Positions 9,553 through 19,688 of a stretch of 64,000 bases of DNA are shown here, in pieces. The first letter of the stretch is position 1; each line of letters starts with the position of its first letter. Source of the stretch: Bacteroidia bacterium (GTDB lineage: Bacteria > Bacteroidota > Bacteroidia > B-17B0 > Aurantibacillaceae). Below the pieces are notes generated by a model. The model searched no databases and was not told the DNA's origin. It saw nothing but the letters and a program-made list of their open reading frames with translations. The stretch is taken from the NCBI GenBank assembly GCA_022841465.1, contig JALHRL010000003.1:91571-155570 (forward strand). The letters run 5' to 3'. Made by a program: the position numbers and the translations under genes.

Positions 9553-10998
9553 ATGAAGTTATTATTAAGTATTCAATTCAATAAATTTACAAAAATTCAG
9601 TTCATAATTTTTGCATTTTTTTCGTTATTTTATGGGCTTATTTCTTTTGTTAACCATCTGAATTTCAGAACAAATTGGTTTGATTTAGGTTTTTACACGC
9701 ATCACATTTACGAATACTCCTGTTTTAATTTTTCAAGCTTAAAAAGCAATCTATCCGATCATTTTGATTTGTTTTTAATTCTTATTTCTCCTTTGCGTTA
9801 TTTGCTTGGTGAGTACACTTTATTGGTTGTGCAAATTGTATTTGTTTTAATTGGGGGATACGGCTTTAATTTGCTTGCCGGAAAAATTTTAAAAGACGAA
9901 ACTAAGGCAATACTTGTTCAGCTTACTTTTTTATTGTGTTTTGCGGTTATTTCTTCTGTTGGATTTGACTATCACTCTAATGTTATTGCTGTTTGTTTAA
10001 GTCCGTATTTAATTTATTATTACCTAAATGAAAACAAACAAAAATTACTTTTAACCTGGCTGTTAATTATTATTTCTAAAGAAAATATGATATTAAATGT
10101 TAGTTTTCTGCTTGTACTATTGCCCTTTATAATAAAAAAAACAAACAGATTAAAGTTTTTTGCAATTTCATTGGGATTAATAAGCTTTGTTCTTTTTTTA
10201 GTGATTGTTGGATTTGTAATGCCAAAACTTTCATCAACGGAAGTGTATTTTAATTTTAAATACACCAGTGCCGGTGGAAGTAAAAGTTTTAAAGAGTTGT
10301 TTTTATTCTTAATCGGTCATCCAATAAAAAGCATTGAACTACTGTTTACAAATACATCAGGTAATAGCTTATACGATTATTATAAAGCTGAAGCGCATGT
10401 TTTTATTTTTTTATGCGGAGGCTTTGTGTTTTTGTTACGACCGTTACTATTAGTTGCTGCTGCACCCATTTATTTGCAAAAATTTCTGCACGATTCAGAA
10501 AATATTTGGGGACTCTCTTATCAGTATAATATAGATTTTTTACCCTTAATTTTTTTAGGAATTTGTTTGGTTGCTTCAAAGCTTACATTTAATTATTTTA
10601 CGCACGCAGTTTTAATTGTAAATATTATTTTAACCATAAGAATGATGGATAAAACAATAAGTTTTGTAAAAAAATCTTCCATCAGGATTTACCAGAACAT
10701 ACATTACGAAAGTGATATTGATAGAAACGAATTTAAACAAGTAGAAAAATTAATTCCTGAAAATGCATCATTAATGGCGCATAGTTATTTTACACCGCAC
10801 TTATGTTTACGTGATAGTATTTTTATGTTTAATGGTTTTACCAAAAAAACAGAATATATTTTAGTTTCAGATACTGCAATACCTTACCCGTTAAAAGGTA
10901 AAGAATACTTAAGTGAAGTAGAAAAAATTAAATTAAGTAACGAATATCTTTTAATTTTTAATAGCTCTAAAATTAAACTTTATAAAAGAAACCGGTAG
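9553..10998 (+). CDS. Polytopic membrane protein, DUF2079-like (possible glycosyltransferase-fold membrane protein)
   Basis: 481 aa with more than 10 hydrophobic segments. The N-terminal NWFDLGFYTHHIY segment resembles the DUF2079 signature. Assignment is from memory of the family, not from a search. Confidence 0.5.
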   Translation: MKLLLSIQFNKFTKIQFIIFAFFSLFYGLISFVNHLNFRTNWFDLGFYTHHIYEYSCFNFSSLKSNLSDHFDLFLILISPLRYLLGEYTLLVVQIVFVLIGGYGFNLLAGKILKDETKAILVQLTFLLCFAVISSVGFDYHSNVIAVCLSPYLIYYYLNENKQKLLLTWLLIIISKENMILNVSFLLVLLPFIIKKTNRLKFFAISLGLISFVLFLVIVGFVMPKLSSTEVYFNFKYTSAGGSKSFKELFLFLIGHPIKSIELLFTNTSGNSLYDYYKAEAHVFIFLCGGFVFLLRPLLLVAAAPIYLQKFLHDSENIWGLSYQYNIDFLPLIFLGICLVASKLTFNYFTHAVLIVNIILTIRMMDKTISFVKKSSIRIYQNIHYESDIDRNEFKQVEKLIPENASLMAHSYFTPHLCLRDSIFMFNGFTKKTEYILVSDTAIPYPLKGKEYLSEVEKIKLSNEYLLIFNSSKIKLYKRNR

Positions 10999-11004
10999 AA
11001 AAGC

Positions 11005-11032
11005 AAAATGCCGGTAACCACTCCGGCATTTT
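11005..11032. terminator. Bidirectional hairpin terminator between convergent genes
   Basis: aaaatgccgg-taaccact-ccggcatttt gives a 10-bp stem with A/T flanks on both sides. It sits between the stops at 10998 (+) and 11102 (-). Confidence 0.6.
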
Positions 11033-11101
11033 AAAAGTAACTAATTGTTTAACCCTTAATTATGACAACAGTTACTGTATCTCAAAAAAACGCAACGCTA
11101 A

Positions 11102-11548
11102 TTAATTCATTTTGAAAGGAGGAATTTTTCCTTCTTTCATTAGTTGCACACTCTTCTTTTTATGTTCTTCAAAATTGCCAAACGCTAAAGCATCTAACAT
11201 TTCTTTACGAGTCATTTTTGGATTACCAAACTGAGCTCTAATTTCCTCTGCACACCTATCTACATATTTTTCGAATTTTGCAGGTGCCCATAAATATTCT
11301 TTCTTAGCAGTTTCGCTAACCTTTACGGCAAATTCTTTAGGAAGTATCCCTTGAATTTTTGCTTTAATCTCAATTCCTTCATAAACTTTTGGTAACTGTC
11401 TGTTATCAAAAATAAATGGTTTACTTATAAGAATAACGTGTTTACGGCGCTTAGGGTCTATCATAGACATTCCTTCAATACGCAAACCTTTTTTCTTTAA
11501 GGTACTGTACTTGCTTTCAAAGCTTTTTAAAATCTCAAACATTGCCAA
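11102..11548 (-). CDS. Hypothetical cytoplasmic protein, 148 aa, no family recognised
   Basis: Clean ORF with an ATG start. A TAACTTTG -7 box lies 16 nt upstream on the same strand. No motif recognised. Confidence 0.55.
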   Translation of the reverse strand: MAMFEILKSFESKYSTLKKKGLRIEGMSMIDPKRRKHVILISKPFIFDNRQLPKVYEGIEIKAKIQGILPKEFAVKVSETAKKEYLWAPAKFEKYVDRCAEEIRAQFGNPKMTRKEMLDALAFGNFEEHKKKSVQLMKEGKIPPFKMN

Positions 11549-11563
11549 ATTTTAGTGGGATAG

Positions 11564-11571
11564 CAAAGTTA
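11564..11571 (-). promoter_or_regulatory. Candidate Bacteroidota sigma-A -7 box (TAACTTTG) for the 148-aa gene
   Basis: The plus-strand sequence caaagtta is TAACTTTG on the minus strand and matches the TAnnTTTG consensus. It lies 16 nt upstream of the ATG at 11548. Confidence 0.4.
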
Positions 11572-11944
11572 TGGATATTAATTGTTAATAAGTTTCTTTT
11601 TTAGACGAATAAAAAAATTATACTATTCCTTATTTTGTCATTTCTGTTAATACAACCTTCATAAGCTGTTTATTAAAGGTTAATTAATTACTAATTACTT
11701 GTTTATCAATCAATTAGTAATTAACCGAATATGCTTTCAATTTTTATCTATTATCGCTTTCTTAATTACTTTTTCGTTGAATGAAAATGGGAGTGAAATT
11801 TACCTTGTTGTTTTAATAAATCAGAATTAACAATCAAGTAATCGTAATTAATTGATATTCTTATTGTTATAAATTAAAAATAAACGTTTCCATTTAAACC
11901 TTCTTCGTTATAAAAACTTAGTAAAGCCGTCTGCATTTTACGTT

Positions 11945-11952
11945 TATCTTTG
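11945..11952 (+). promoter_or_regulatory. Candidate -7 box (TATCTTTG) for prfC
   Basis: Matches TAnnTTTG. It lies 16 nt upstream of the ATG at 11968 and overlaps the alternative TTG at 11950, which argues for the ATG start. Confidence 0.4.
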
Positions 11953-11967
11953 CAGCCTTATAAAAAT

Positions 11968-13548
11968 ATGACCAGAACTGAAGAAATAAAAAGACGTAGA
12001 ACTTTTGCCATTATTGCTCATCCTGATGCAGGTAAAACAACTTTAACAGAAAAATTACTATTGTTTGGAGGAGCTATCCAAAGTGCGGGAGCCGTTAAAT
12101 CAAATAAAATTAAAAAATCAACTACCAGCGATTTTATGGAAATTGAGAAACAAAGAGGTATCTCGGTTTCAACTTCTGTAATGGCTTTTGATTATAAAAA
12201 TTATAAAGTAAACATATTAGACACTCCGGGACACGAAGATTTTGCAGAAGACACCTATCGCACCTTAAGCGCAGTAGACAGTGTTATCATGGTAATTGAT
12301 TGTGTAAAAGGTGTAGAACCTCAAACACGCAAACTACTTGAAGTTTGTAGAATGCGCAAAACACCGGTAATTGTTTTTATTAATAAACTTGACCGCGAAG
12401 GACAAAATGCATTTGATTTATTGGATGAAATTGAAAAAGAATTAAAAATAAAAGTTCGCCCCCTTACCTGGCCTATTGGTATTGGCAAATCCTTTAAAGG
12501 TGTTTATAATTTAACCGAAAAATCTTTAAATCTTTTCCAGGGAGATAGTAAAACAACAGTTGAAGATATTTATACCTTAAACGATATTCAAGACAAAGAA
12601 TTAGATAAAAGAATTGGAAATGATTTTGCTGAACAACTAAGAAATGATGTTGATTTAATAGATGGCGTTTACGATACATTAAATGTGCAGAAATATTTAG
12701 ATGGTGAAATTAGTCCTGTTTTTTTTGGAAGCGCAGTAAACAATTTTGGTATAAAAGAATTGCTTGATTGCTTTGTAGAAATTGCTCCCTCACCAAAAGA
12801 ACGGGATACTACAGAAGGAATTGTAAAACCGGAAGATGAAAAATTTAGCGGATTTATTTTTAAAATTCATGCCAACTTAGACCCCAAACACCGAGACAGA
12901 ATTGCTTTTTTAAGAATTTGTTCGGGTGTTTTTGAAAGAAATAAATACTACCACCATGTGCGTGATAAAAAGGAATTGAGATTTAGTAACCCTACTGCAT
13001 TTATGGCACAACAAAAATCGGTTATTGATGAAGCTTTTCCGGGAGATGTTATTGGTTTATACGATGCGGGAAATTTTAAAATTGGAGATACACTAACAGA
13101 AGGTAAAAACTTTCAATTTAAAGGAATTCCAAGTTTCTCTCCGGAGTTGTTCAGGTATGTTACCAATTTAGATCCGATGAAAACAAAACAATTGCAAAAG
13201 GGATTAGAGCAGTTAACAGATGAAGGGGTTGCGCAATTGTTTACCAAAAAAGTAGACGGTAGAAAAATTGTTGGAACCGTTGGTGCCTTGCAGTTTGAAG
13301 TAATTCAACACCGATTAAAAAGTGAATACAATGCCAGTGCAAGTTTTGACCAGATTAATTTATACAAGGCTCTTTGGATAAGTGCAAACGATAAAAAAGA
13401 CTTAGAGGTATTTATGCAAGACCGATCTTCACACATTGCATACGACAAAGAAAACAAACCAGTATTTCTAGCTGAAAGCGCCTGGTTATTACAAATGGCT
13501 CAAGAAAAATTTCCAAAAATTGAATTTCATTTAAAGAGTGAATTTTAA
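11968..13548 (+). CDS. prfC: Peptide chain release factor 3 (translational GTPase)
   Basis: G1 [14 protein letters not shown]3 DTPGHEDF, G4 NKLDR, with RF3-like length and C-terminal domains. I prefer the ATG at 11968 over the ORF-track TTG at 11950. Confidence 0.9.
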   Translation: MTRTEEIKRRRTFAIIAHPDAGKTTLTEKLLLFGGAIQSAGAVKSNKIKKSTTSDFMEIEKQRGISVSTSVMAFDYKNYKVNILDTPGHEDFAEDTYRTLSAVDSVIMVIDCVKGVEPQTRKLLEVCRMRKTPVIVFINKLDREGQNAFDLLDEIEKELKIKVRPLTWPIGIGKSFKGVYNLTEKSLNLFQGDSKTTVEDIYTLNDIQDKELDKRIGNDFAEQLRNDVDLIDGVYDTLNVQKYLDGEISPVFFGSAVNNFGIKELLDCFVEIAPSPKERDTTEGIVKPEDEKFSGFIFKIHANLDPKHRDRIAFLRICSGVFERNKYYHHVRDKKELRFSNPTAFMAQQKSVIDEAFPGDVIGLYDAGNFKIGDTLTEGKNFQFKGIPSFSPELFRYVTNLDPMKTKQLQKGLEQLTDEGVAQLFTKKVDGRKIVGTVGALQFEVIQHRLKSEYNASASFDQINLYKALWISANDKKDLEVFMQDRSSHIAYDKENKPVFLAESAWLLQMAQEKFPKIEFHLKSEF

Positions 13549-14521
13549 AAAACATATATCAAGTTTATTTTTTCTTTTAAGCTTACTAAGCTCTAACGCT
13601 CAAACGTTTGACCTGGAACAAACCACACAATTAATAAGGCCTCGTTTAAAATACGATTCTAAATATGTTTTTGATACCAACTTTAAAGACACGAATGGTG
13701 TTTTTAATTCATTAGAAAATTCTGTTGGAATTACTTTCCCAATTAAACGAACTTTTAAAACAGAAATAAATTTAAACCTAAATAGTCTTAAAATAAAAGA
13801 CATTTTTAAAAACAGCGTTAGAATAAAAGCAAACGAAATTTTAGGTACTTTTAGAATTACTCACCGCCAAGTGCGCATTGGATTTGATAGTTTGCCAACC
13901 AAAAATTTGTATTATGCCAATGCCGGAATAATTGGATTACATTTAACTAAAAAATACAGAATACTTTTTTACTCTGCCAATATAAACATACACGAAGAAG
14001 CAAACAGTATAAACACTATTTTGCCTCGCTTTTCCGGAATAGTTGGTCAATACCACATTAGAGGATTACGTAAAAGTTTTTTTTACGGCGCTACCATCGT
14101 TTATAGCGATGGCTTACTATTACCCGCTGCATTTATTGGAGGCACAGAACCTATTAATGATAAACTGAGTTTAAATTATTGCTTCCCTGCATTTCTTAAT
14201 CTTCAATATCATCAAAAAAACAGTTTTATTATTGTTGGTGTTAAAGGAGATGGTTATAGAAGTGGGATTATGTATAAAAATAAAAGGTCTAATTTAAATG
14301 TTACCAATATTTCTGCATTTGCAAATTACCGTCATCGATTTTCAAAAACCTTTCACTTACAGCTTGAAGGAGGTTATTATTTTTTCCAGCGAGCGCAATT
14401 TGATAAAAACGAACAATATCCATACAAATATCCTTTAAATGGCTCGTTTTATGCTAACTTTAATCTTCAAGTGTATTTTGGCAAAAGTGTACTTGAAAAA
14501 ATAATTGACCAGGTTTTTTAA
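13538..14521 (+). CDS. Hypothetical outer-membrane beta-barrel-like protein
   Basis: 327 aa with a GTG start that overlaps the prfC stop by 11 nt. Signal peptide [13 protein letters not shown]. Alternating hydrophobic, Tyr/Gly-rich beta-strand pattern with a C-terminal aromatic residue (QVF). Confidence 0.5.
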   Translation: MNFKKHISSLFFLLSLLSSNAQTFDLEQTTQLIRPRLKYDSKYVFDTNFKDTNGVFNSLENSVGITFPIKRTFKTEINLNLNSLKIKDIFKNSVRIKANEILGTFRITHRQVRIGFDSLPTKNLYYANAGIIGLHLTKKYRILFYSANINIHEEANSINTILPRFSGIVGQYHIRGLRKSFFYGATIVYSDGLLLPAAFIGGTEPINDKLSLNYCFPAFLNLQYHQKNSFIIVGVKGDGYRSGIMYKNKRSNLNVTNISAFANYRHRFSKTFHLQLEGGYYFFQRAQFDKNEQYPYKYPLNGSFYANFNLQVYFGKSVLEKIIDQVF

Positions 14522-14562
14522 TGTTTGTACCTTTAAAATTTACGATACTTTACACAAAATAA

Positions 14563-15417
14563 ATGCACCTTTTAAAATTTATATTCATTTCACTTACAGT
14601 ATTGATGTTTAGCTGCGATAATGCAAACACTCATAAGGAGGTTGAAATAAAAAAAGTTGCCATTGCAGGTAACGAGGTTTTATCAGAAGCTGATTTTAAG
14701 GCTAATTTAATAAACCCAAACAGCCGTGAAGACAGTATTGCCTTTGCAAATAAAAGTATAGAAAAATGGGCCTTAGAGGCATTGCTATACCAAGAGGCAA
14801 TGACAAAGTTAGAGCCCGATGAAATAGATATTGAAAAACAAATAAATGATTACAAAAAACAATTAATAAATTACATCTACGAAACCAAGCTAATTGAAAA
14901 CAATTTGGATACGGTTGTTAACATAGATGAAATTGAAACTTATTATGATGAACACATAGAAAATTTTATTTTAAAAGACAATATTATAAAAGTAAACTAT
15001 TTTAAAATTCCAATTCAGTCGAAAGAAATTAATAAAATAAAAAAATTAATTCAAAGTACAGTACCTAAAGATCGCGAACAACTTGAAGGTATTTGCTTAC
15101 AACATGCCGAAAGTTTTTTTATTAACGATAGTATTTGGTTATTAATGGATGAAATAAAACGAGAAATTCCTCAATTGAGAGATCAGTTGGATTATGGAAG
15201 TTACAAAGGGCGAGTTATAGAATTTAATGATAACGAAGCCTATTACTATTTAAAAATAAAAGATGTGAAAATTAAAAACAGTGCCTCACCTCTGGCTTTT
15301 GAAAAAGAAAATATTAAAACATACATTATCAACTCCAGAAAAGTAAAATTAATTGAAAGCTATAAAATGCAATTACTGGAAAACGCCAAAAAAACAGGTA
15401 CATTTAAGATATTTTAA
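14563..15417 (+). CDS. Lipoprotein, SurA N-terminal-domain-like periplasmic chaperone (no obvious catalytic PPIase core)
   Basis: 284 aa with lipobox LMFSC. Helical Lys/Glu-rich composition similar to chaperone domains of SurA/PpiD-type proteins. Sits immediately upstream of a parvulin gene. Confidence 0.4.
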   Translation: MHLLKFIFISLTVLMFSCDNANTHKEVEIKKVAIAGNEVLSEADFKANLINPNSREDSIAFANKSIEKWALEALLYQEAMTKLEPDEIDIEKQINDYKKQLINYIYETKLIENNLDTVVNIDEIETYYDEHIENFILKDNIIKVNYFKIPIQSKEINKIKKLIQSTVPKDREQLEGICLQHAESFFINDSIWLLMDEIKREIPQLRDQLDYGSYKGRVIEFNDNEAYYYLKIKDVKIKNSASPLAFEKENIKTYIINSRKVKLIESYKMQLLENAKKTGTFKIF

Positions 15418-15462
15418 AGAATTAAACCCGTTATAAAGCCAATTTATTCATACTTTTATACA

Positions 15463-16806
15463 ATGTTCTTAAAACAATTCATTTTCATCTTATTTATTCT
15501 TCCGGCTTTTTTGGTTTCACAAAACGAAACCATAGACAAAGTTGTAGCCATTGTTGGTAAATATCCTGTTTTATTAAGCGACGTGCAAAACGCCTTGATG
15601 CAACAGGAAAAAAACGAAGAGCCAGTAAATAAATGTTTAGCGTTTGAACAAGTTCTATTTCAAAAACTTTTAGTTGCACAAGCAGATAGAGATAGTATTA
15701 CCGTAAGTGATGCTGAAATTGAGAATGAATTAAACAAAAGAATGAATTACTACATAAACCAATTTGGAAGTGAACAAAAGTTAGAGGAGTTCTACGGAAA
15801 AAGAACCAATGTTATAAAAGATGAGTTTAGGGCCGATGTAGAAGAACAGTTACTGGCTCAAAAAATGCAAGCCAAAATTAATCCGGAAATAAAATTATCT
15901 CCAGCAGAAGTACGCCAGTTTTTTAATACAATTCCTGAAGATAGCTTGCCTTTAATTAATGCCGAACACGAGCTTCAACAAATAGTAAAAAAACCAAAAT
16001 TTAGTGCAGAAGCAAAAAAAGCCGCAAAAGAAAAACTAGAAGAGTACAAATTAAGAGTTATTGGTGGAGAAAGTATGAGTACCTTAGCAAGACTTTACAG
16101 TGAAGATCCGGGATCTGCCAAAGAAGGGGGTTTAATTACCAATGTTTTTAGAGGGCAAATGGTTCCTGAATTTGAAGCTGTAGCATACCGCTTAAAAACC
16201 GGTGAAGTTTCAAATGTTTTTGAATCATCTTTTGGTTTCCACTTTATTCAATTGGTATCGCGTAAGGGTGAATTGTTAGATTTAAGACATATTTTGATTG
16301 TACCAAAAATGAGCAATTCTGATTATTATAAATGTAAACTACAATTAGATTCTATTGCCGAAGAAATTGGAAAAGGCACTATTACATTTGAAGAAGCTGT
16401 AAAAAAGTTTAGTGATGACAAGGAATCTGCCAATAACAATGGTTTAATGGTTAACCCAATGAATGCAACTACTAAATGGACTGTTGAAGAAATAAGCCAA
16501 ATAGACCAAAAGTTAGTACTTACATTAAGCGAAATGAATATTGGCGATATTAGCAAAACGATTGAATATGTGAACTACAGCGATAATAAACCCGCATTTA
16601 GATTAATAAAGCTTAAAAACAGAATTGACCCACACAAAGCAAATTTAAAAGACGATTATCAAAAAATTTCGCAACTGGCAAACTATGATAAAAGCAAAAA
16701 AGCATTAAAAGAATGGATTACAAAAAAATCTAAAACAACTTACATAAAAGTGGAAGAAGATTTTAAAAACTGCTCATACAGCAATAATTGGATAATAACC
16801 AATTAA
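15463..16806 (+). CDS. SurA-like periplasmic chaperone / parvulin-type peptidyl-prolyl isomerase
   Basis: 447 aa with a signal peptide. SurA-N-like region (IDKVVAIVGKYPVLLSDV) and parvulin core GGLITNVFRGQMVPEFEAVAYRLKTGEVSNVFESSFGFHFIQL. Confidence 0.8.
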   Translation: MFLKQFIFILFILPAFLVSQNETIDKVVAIVGKYPVLLSDVQNALMQQEKNEEPVNKCLAFEQVLFQKLLVAQADRDSITVSDAEIENELNKRMNYYINQFGSEQKLEEFYGKRTNVIKDEFRADVEEQLLAQKMQAKINPEIKLSPAEVRQFFNTIPEDSLPLINAEHELQQIVKKPKFSAEAKKAAKEKLEEYKLRVIGGESMSTLARLYSEDPGSAKEGGLITNVFRGQMVPEFEAVAYRLKTGEVSNVFESSFGFHFIQLVSRKGELLDLRHILIVPKMSNSDYYKCKLQLDSIAEEIGKGTITFEEAVKKFSDDKESANNNGLMVNPMNATTKWTVEEISQIDQKLVLTLSEMNIGDISKTIEYVNYSDNKPAFRLIKLKNRIDPHKANLKDDYQKISQLANYDKSKKALKEWITKKSKTTYIKVEEDFKNCSYSNNWIITN

Positions 16807-16813
16807 TCTTTCA

Positions 16814-18262
16814 CTATCTAATTACTTTAAACTGTAGCAATACTTGCTTTATTTCATTTTTAAACAAAAAGAAAAACAAAATAGAGAATAACACTAACTG
16901 CAGCATATAAAGTTTTATATCATAAACAGGAAAAAAATGATAGTGTATTAAGTTTATTACCAAATAAATTAAAGGCACAACTATAATTTTAAAATAATTA
17001 AAGGTGTAATTAAAAATACCTCTGGTAAACAAATACGAAAGAATTACCTGTACCAACTTAGTTAATAAACCCCCATAAATTACACCTATTAAACCAAAAG
17101 TACTAGCAGCATAATACGTTACTATTATCTGAAATACAGCACTGCTTGCAAATATTTTTAATAAAACCTTAATGTTTTTAGAAAACAGAATGGTAGACAA
17201 GTAAAAATTTAAAATGCTTCTTAGCCCAAATCCTGCAGCTAATACACCAATATACTTTGCTGCATCGTAAAAACTTTTTTTGGTAATAAACAGTTGATAT
17301 ACAATGGGAATTGCAATGCAAAAAACAATTAGCTGAAAAATATTTATGGCTGTAAATACATTAAAATACCTATTGCTTTCTTTTGTTGTATGTAAATGCG
17401 TTTGTTTTCCCCAAATCTCATATAACTTAGGAAAAATAACGGCAGATAAACTATTTTGCAAAAATTCAATGCCAAAAAAACATTTTAAAATTAAATCATA
17501 AGTATTTAAATCTGTTTCAGAAATGTGTTTTTGCAACATAAACCTATCAATAAACGAAAGCACCCAGGCAGATAATACGTAAAACAAATATGGGGTACAA
17601 AACTTAAATAAATCAGGTAAAAATTCTTTTTCAAACTTAAATTTCCCAAAAGTAAAAAACACACCATTCGCTAACAAAAAAATTACTAGTCCGCTTAATA
17701 ACCTACCATACATAGGCCCAACAATAGAATCGGGAAACATAAACAAGCCACCAATTGATATGGCCAAGGTGGCAATAAAATTAACGAGGTTTAAGCTTAA
17801 AAAAAGTAAAGGCTTTTTAAAATAAATTAAGCAATTAGTAGAAGTTTTAAAATAAGAATTAAAAAAGGCGGTTAAAATAGCATAAAAACCATATGGCCAA
17901 AATTCCATTCCGTATTCCGGTTTAAAAACAAAATCTAAAATGGGCTTTCCTGTAAATGCTGTTATAATTAGCCAACCCAAACCAATTACTAAAAGCAAAA
18001 TAGCATTAGTGCCCACAAATAATTTTTGCTTTTCCGGATTTTGATCTAATTGAGAGTATTTTACCCCAAAATAGGTGTCGGTAGAAAAAGAAAACAAAAT
18101 TTGAAATAAAAGAGAAATGCTAATATAAAAAGAGACCTGTAAAAAATGAATCTCATTCAGGTAATTGGTGTAAAATGGCAACAATATAATACTTGCTGCC
18201 ATTGGCATTGCACCTCCAATGGTATATACAATTGATGATTTTAAAAATCCTTTGCTAATCAT
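16814..18262 (-). CDS. Polysaccharide/oligosaccharide flippase (Wzx/MOP-superfamily-like)
   Basis: 482 aa, about 12-14 TM segments. N-terminus SSIVYTIGGAMPMAASIILLPFYTNYL is typical of polysaccharide biosynthesis protein families. Confidence 0.65.
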   Translation of the reverse strand: MISKGFLKSSIVYTIGGAMPMAASIILLPFYTNYLNEIHFLQVSFYISISLLFQILFSFSTDTYFGVKYSQLDQNPEKQKLFVGTNAILLLVIGLGWLIITAFTGKPILDFVFKPEYGMEFWPYGFYAILTAFFNSYFKTSTNCLIYFKKPLLFLSLNLVNFIATLAISIGGLFMFPDSIVGPMYGRLLSGLVIFLLANGVFFTFGKFKFEKEFLPDLFKFCTPYLFYVLSAWVLSFIDRFMLQKHISETDLNTYDLILKCFFGIEFLQNSLSAVIFPKLYEIWGKQTHLHTTKESNRYFNVFTAINIFQLIVFCIAIPIVYQLFITKKSFYDAAKYIGVLAAGFGLRSILNFYLSTILFSKNIKVLLKIFASSAVFQIIVTYYAASTFGLIGVIYGGLLTKLVQVILSYLFTRGIFNYTFNYFKIIVVPLIYLVINLIHYHFFPVYDIKLYMLQLVLFSILFFFLFKNEIKQVLLQFKVIR

Positions 18263-18293
18263 ACTTTAAGGGCAAACGGATTTTTCATTTAAT

Positions 18294-18980
18294 TTATTGC
18301 TTTTCGTAAATATAAAAATCGCTAAAAGATCCTATTAAGCCGTTTTCTGTTTTCGGATATTTGTTTTTTACTACTTCTATTAATTTAAACTGAGGGAAAG
18401 TTTTGCTTACAAAAGCGGTAAACCCTCTTCTGTTTTCATGTTGATGAATAGGTTCTTCATCTTGATTGTAATCACTTGCATAAATAATTACATACTTTTT
18501 AGAGGTATTAAATAAATCTTTAATGTATTTCTCAAAAACATCAATTTCAACCAGGTGGTACAAAACATCTAATGACATGGTACAATCTGCTTGAATAAAT
18601 TTTTGATTATCAAAAAAAGCTGTGCTATCATAAAGCATAAAACTTTTTGTTTTATCGTCTTTAAATAAATTAGCACAAATTTTAATGGCGGTAGGGCTTA
18701 CATCAAAGCCAATATAATGTGGGTATTTAGCAATTTTTAATTGATTTCCATCACCGCAACCAAATTCTAAAACAGTATCTATATTGTTTTTTGCAATAAA
18801 TTCGTTTAATATTTCCGCTTTAAATTGTGCTAAATGATCGTACGAACCCGTTCCTGAGTTTCCCTGAGCCTTATACCTTTCTTCCCAGTATTTGGCCGAC
18901 CCTTTGAATTTCTTTTTCTGTAAATTCCTTTTATAATTTTTAATAAATCCAATTTTTAAAAGGCTTTCTCGCAATCCCAT
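18294..18980 (-). CDS. Class I SAM-dependent methyltransferase
   Basis: 228 aa with motif I VLEFGCGDGNQ and downstream acidic and post-I motifs. Confidence 0.75.
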   Translation of the reverse strand: MGLRESLLKIGFIKNYKRNLQKKKFKGSAKYWEERYKAQGNSGTGSYDHLAQFKAEILNEFIAKNNIDTVLEFGCGDGNQLKIAKYPHYIGFDVSPTAIKICANLFKDDKTKSFMLYDSTAFFDNQKFIQADCTMSLDVLYHLVEIDVFEKYIKDLFNTSKKYVIIYASDYNQDEEPIHQHENRRGFTAFVSKTFPQFKLIEVVKNKYPKTENGLIGSFSDFYIYEKQ

Positions 18981-19007
18981 TTAATTTTCTTTTTGTTAAT
19001 TGTACAC

Positions 19008-19688
19008 TTAATTATCCTCTTCTTCGGCTGTGCCGTAATCTGTATCATCGTTATCTTCCAAATCAAACTCATCTTCATCCTCACTCTTTTCTTCTCCTTC
19101 TTCACCCTCCAATCCTTCCAAATCATCATCTTCAATACCCTCTTCTGTGCTATCTATTGCTTTATATATCTCTTCATCCGCTATTTCAGGATCATTTAAT
19201 AAAGCTGCTAAGGCTAAATCGCCGCTTAATTCATCTTTGGGTAAGGTAATTTGTTTGTATTGTTTTGGCGCATTTCCAACAGTTCTAATGCAAACCGGAT
19301 AGCTTATTTTAGGATCGTCATTTACAATTTTCAACATTTCCATAATAAAGTTCCACTGTGCATTGGGGTCAAATACATATACAAATCGCTGATGCGGCTG
19401 CTCTATAAATTTTGCAATTTTACAATCGCTCATCAAAAATTTCTTTGTAATTTTTTTGCGAATATCTTCTTCATTTAAAGCCAAATCTTCTTTTCGCAAT
19501 GTAATTTCATCTCCCTTTCTCCAATAATCATCGCTAACAAAAAAAGAAGCTGCGTGTTTTTTATCAAACTTAAAAGCTTCTTGAATGGCATCATGAAATT
19601 GCTCAAAGGTTTGTGCCGATTTTATATCTATATCCCTGTAAACATCTTCATTGTCTTCAAGGCAAACTCTAAATCTATAAACTGCCAT
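19008..19688 (-). CDS. Hypothetical protein with extreme acidic C-terminal tail (possibly PRiA4b ORF-3-like fold)
   Basis: 226 aa. The N-terminus VYRFRVCLEDNEDVYRDIDIKSAQTFEQFHDAIQEAF loosely resembles the PRiA4_ORF3 family. The last ~50 aa are mostly D/E. The ATG directly abuts the stop of the upstream GT2 gene. Confidence 0.45.
   Translation of the reverse strand: MAVYRFRVCLEDNEDVYRDIDIKSAQTFEQFHDAIQEAFKFDKKHAASFFVSDDYWRKGDEITLRKEDLALNEEDIRKKITKKFLMSDCKIAKFIEQPHQRFVYVFDPNAQWNFIMEMLKIVNDDPKISYPVCIRTVGNAPKQYKQITLPKDELSGDLALAALLNDPEIADEEIYKAIDSTEEGIEDDDLEGLEGEEGEEKSEDEDEFDLEDNDDTDYGTAEEEDN

Noticed and set aside
11950-11967. ORF-track TTG start for prfC at 11950
   Set aside because: The TTG lies inside the candidate -7 promoter box (TATCTTTG, 11945-11952). 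The ATG at 11968 gives the conserved RF3 N-terminus ([25 protein letters not shown]).
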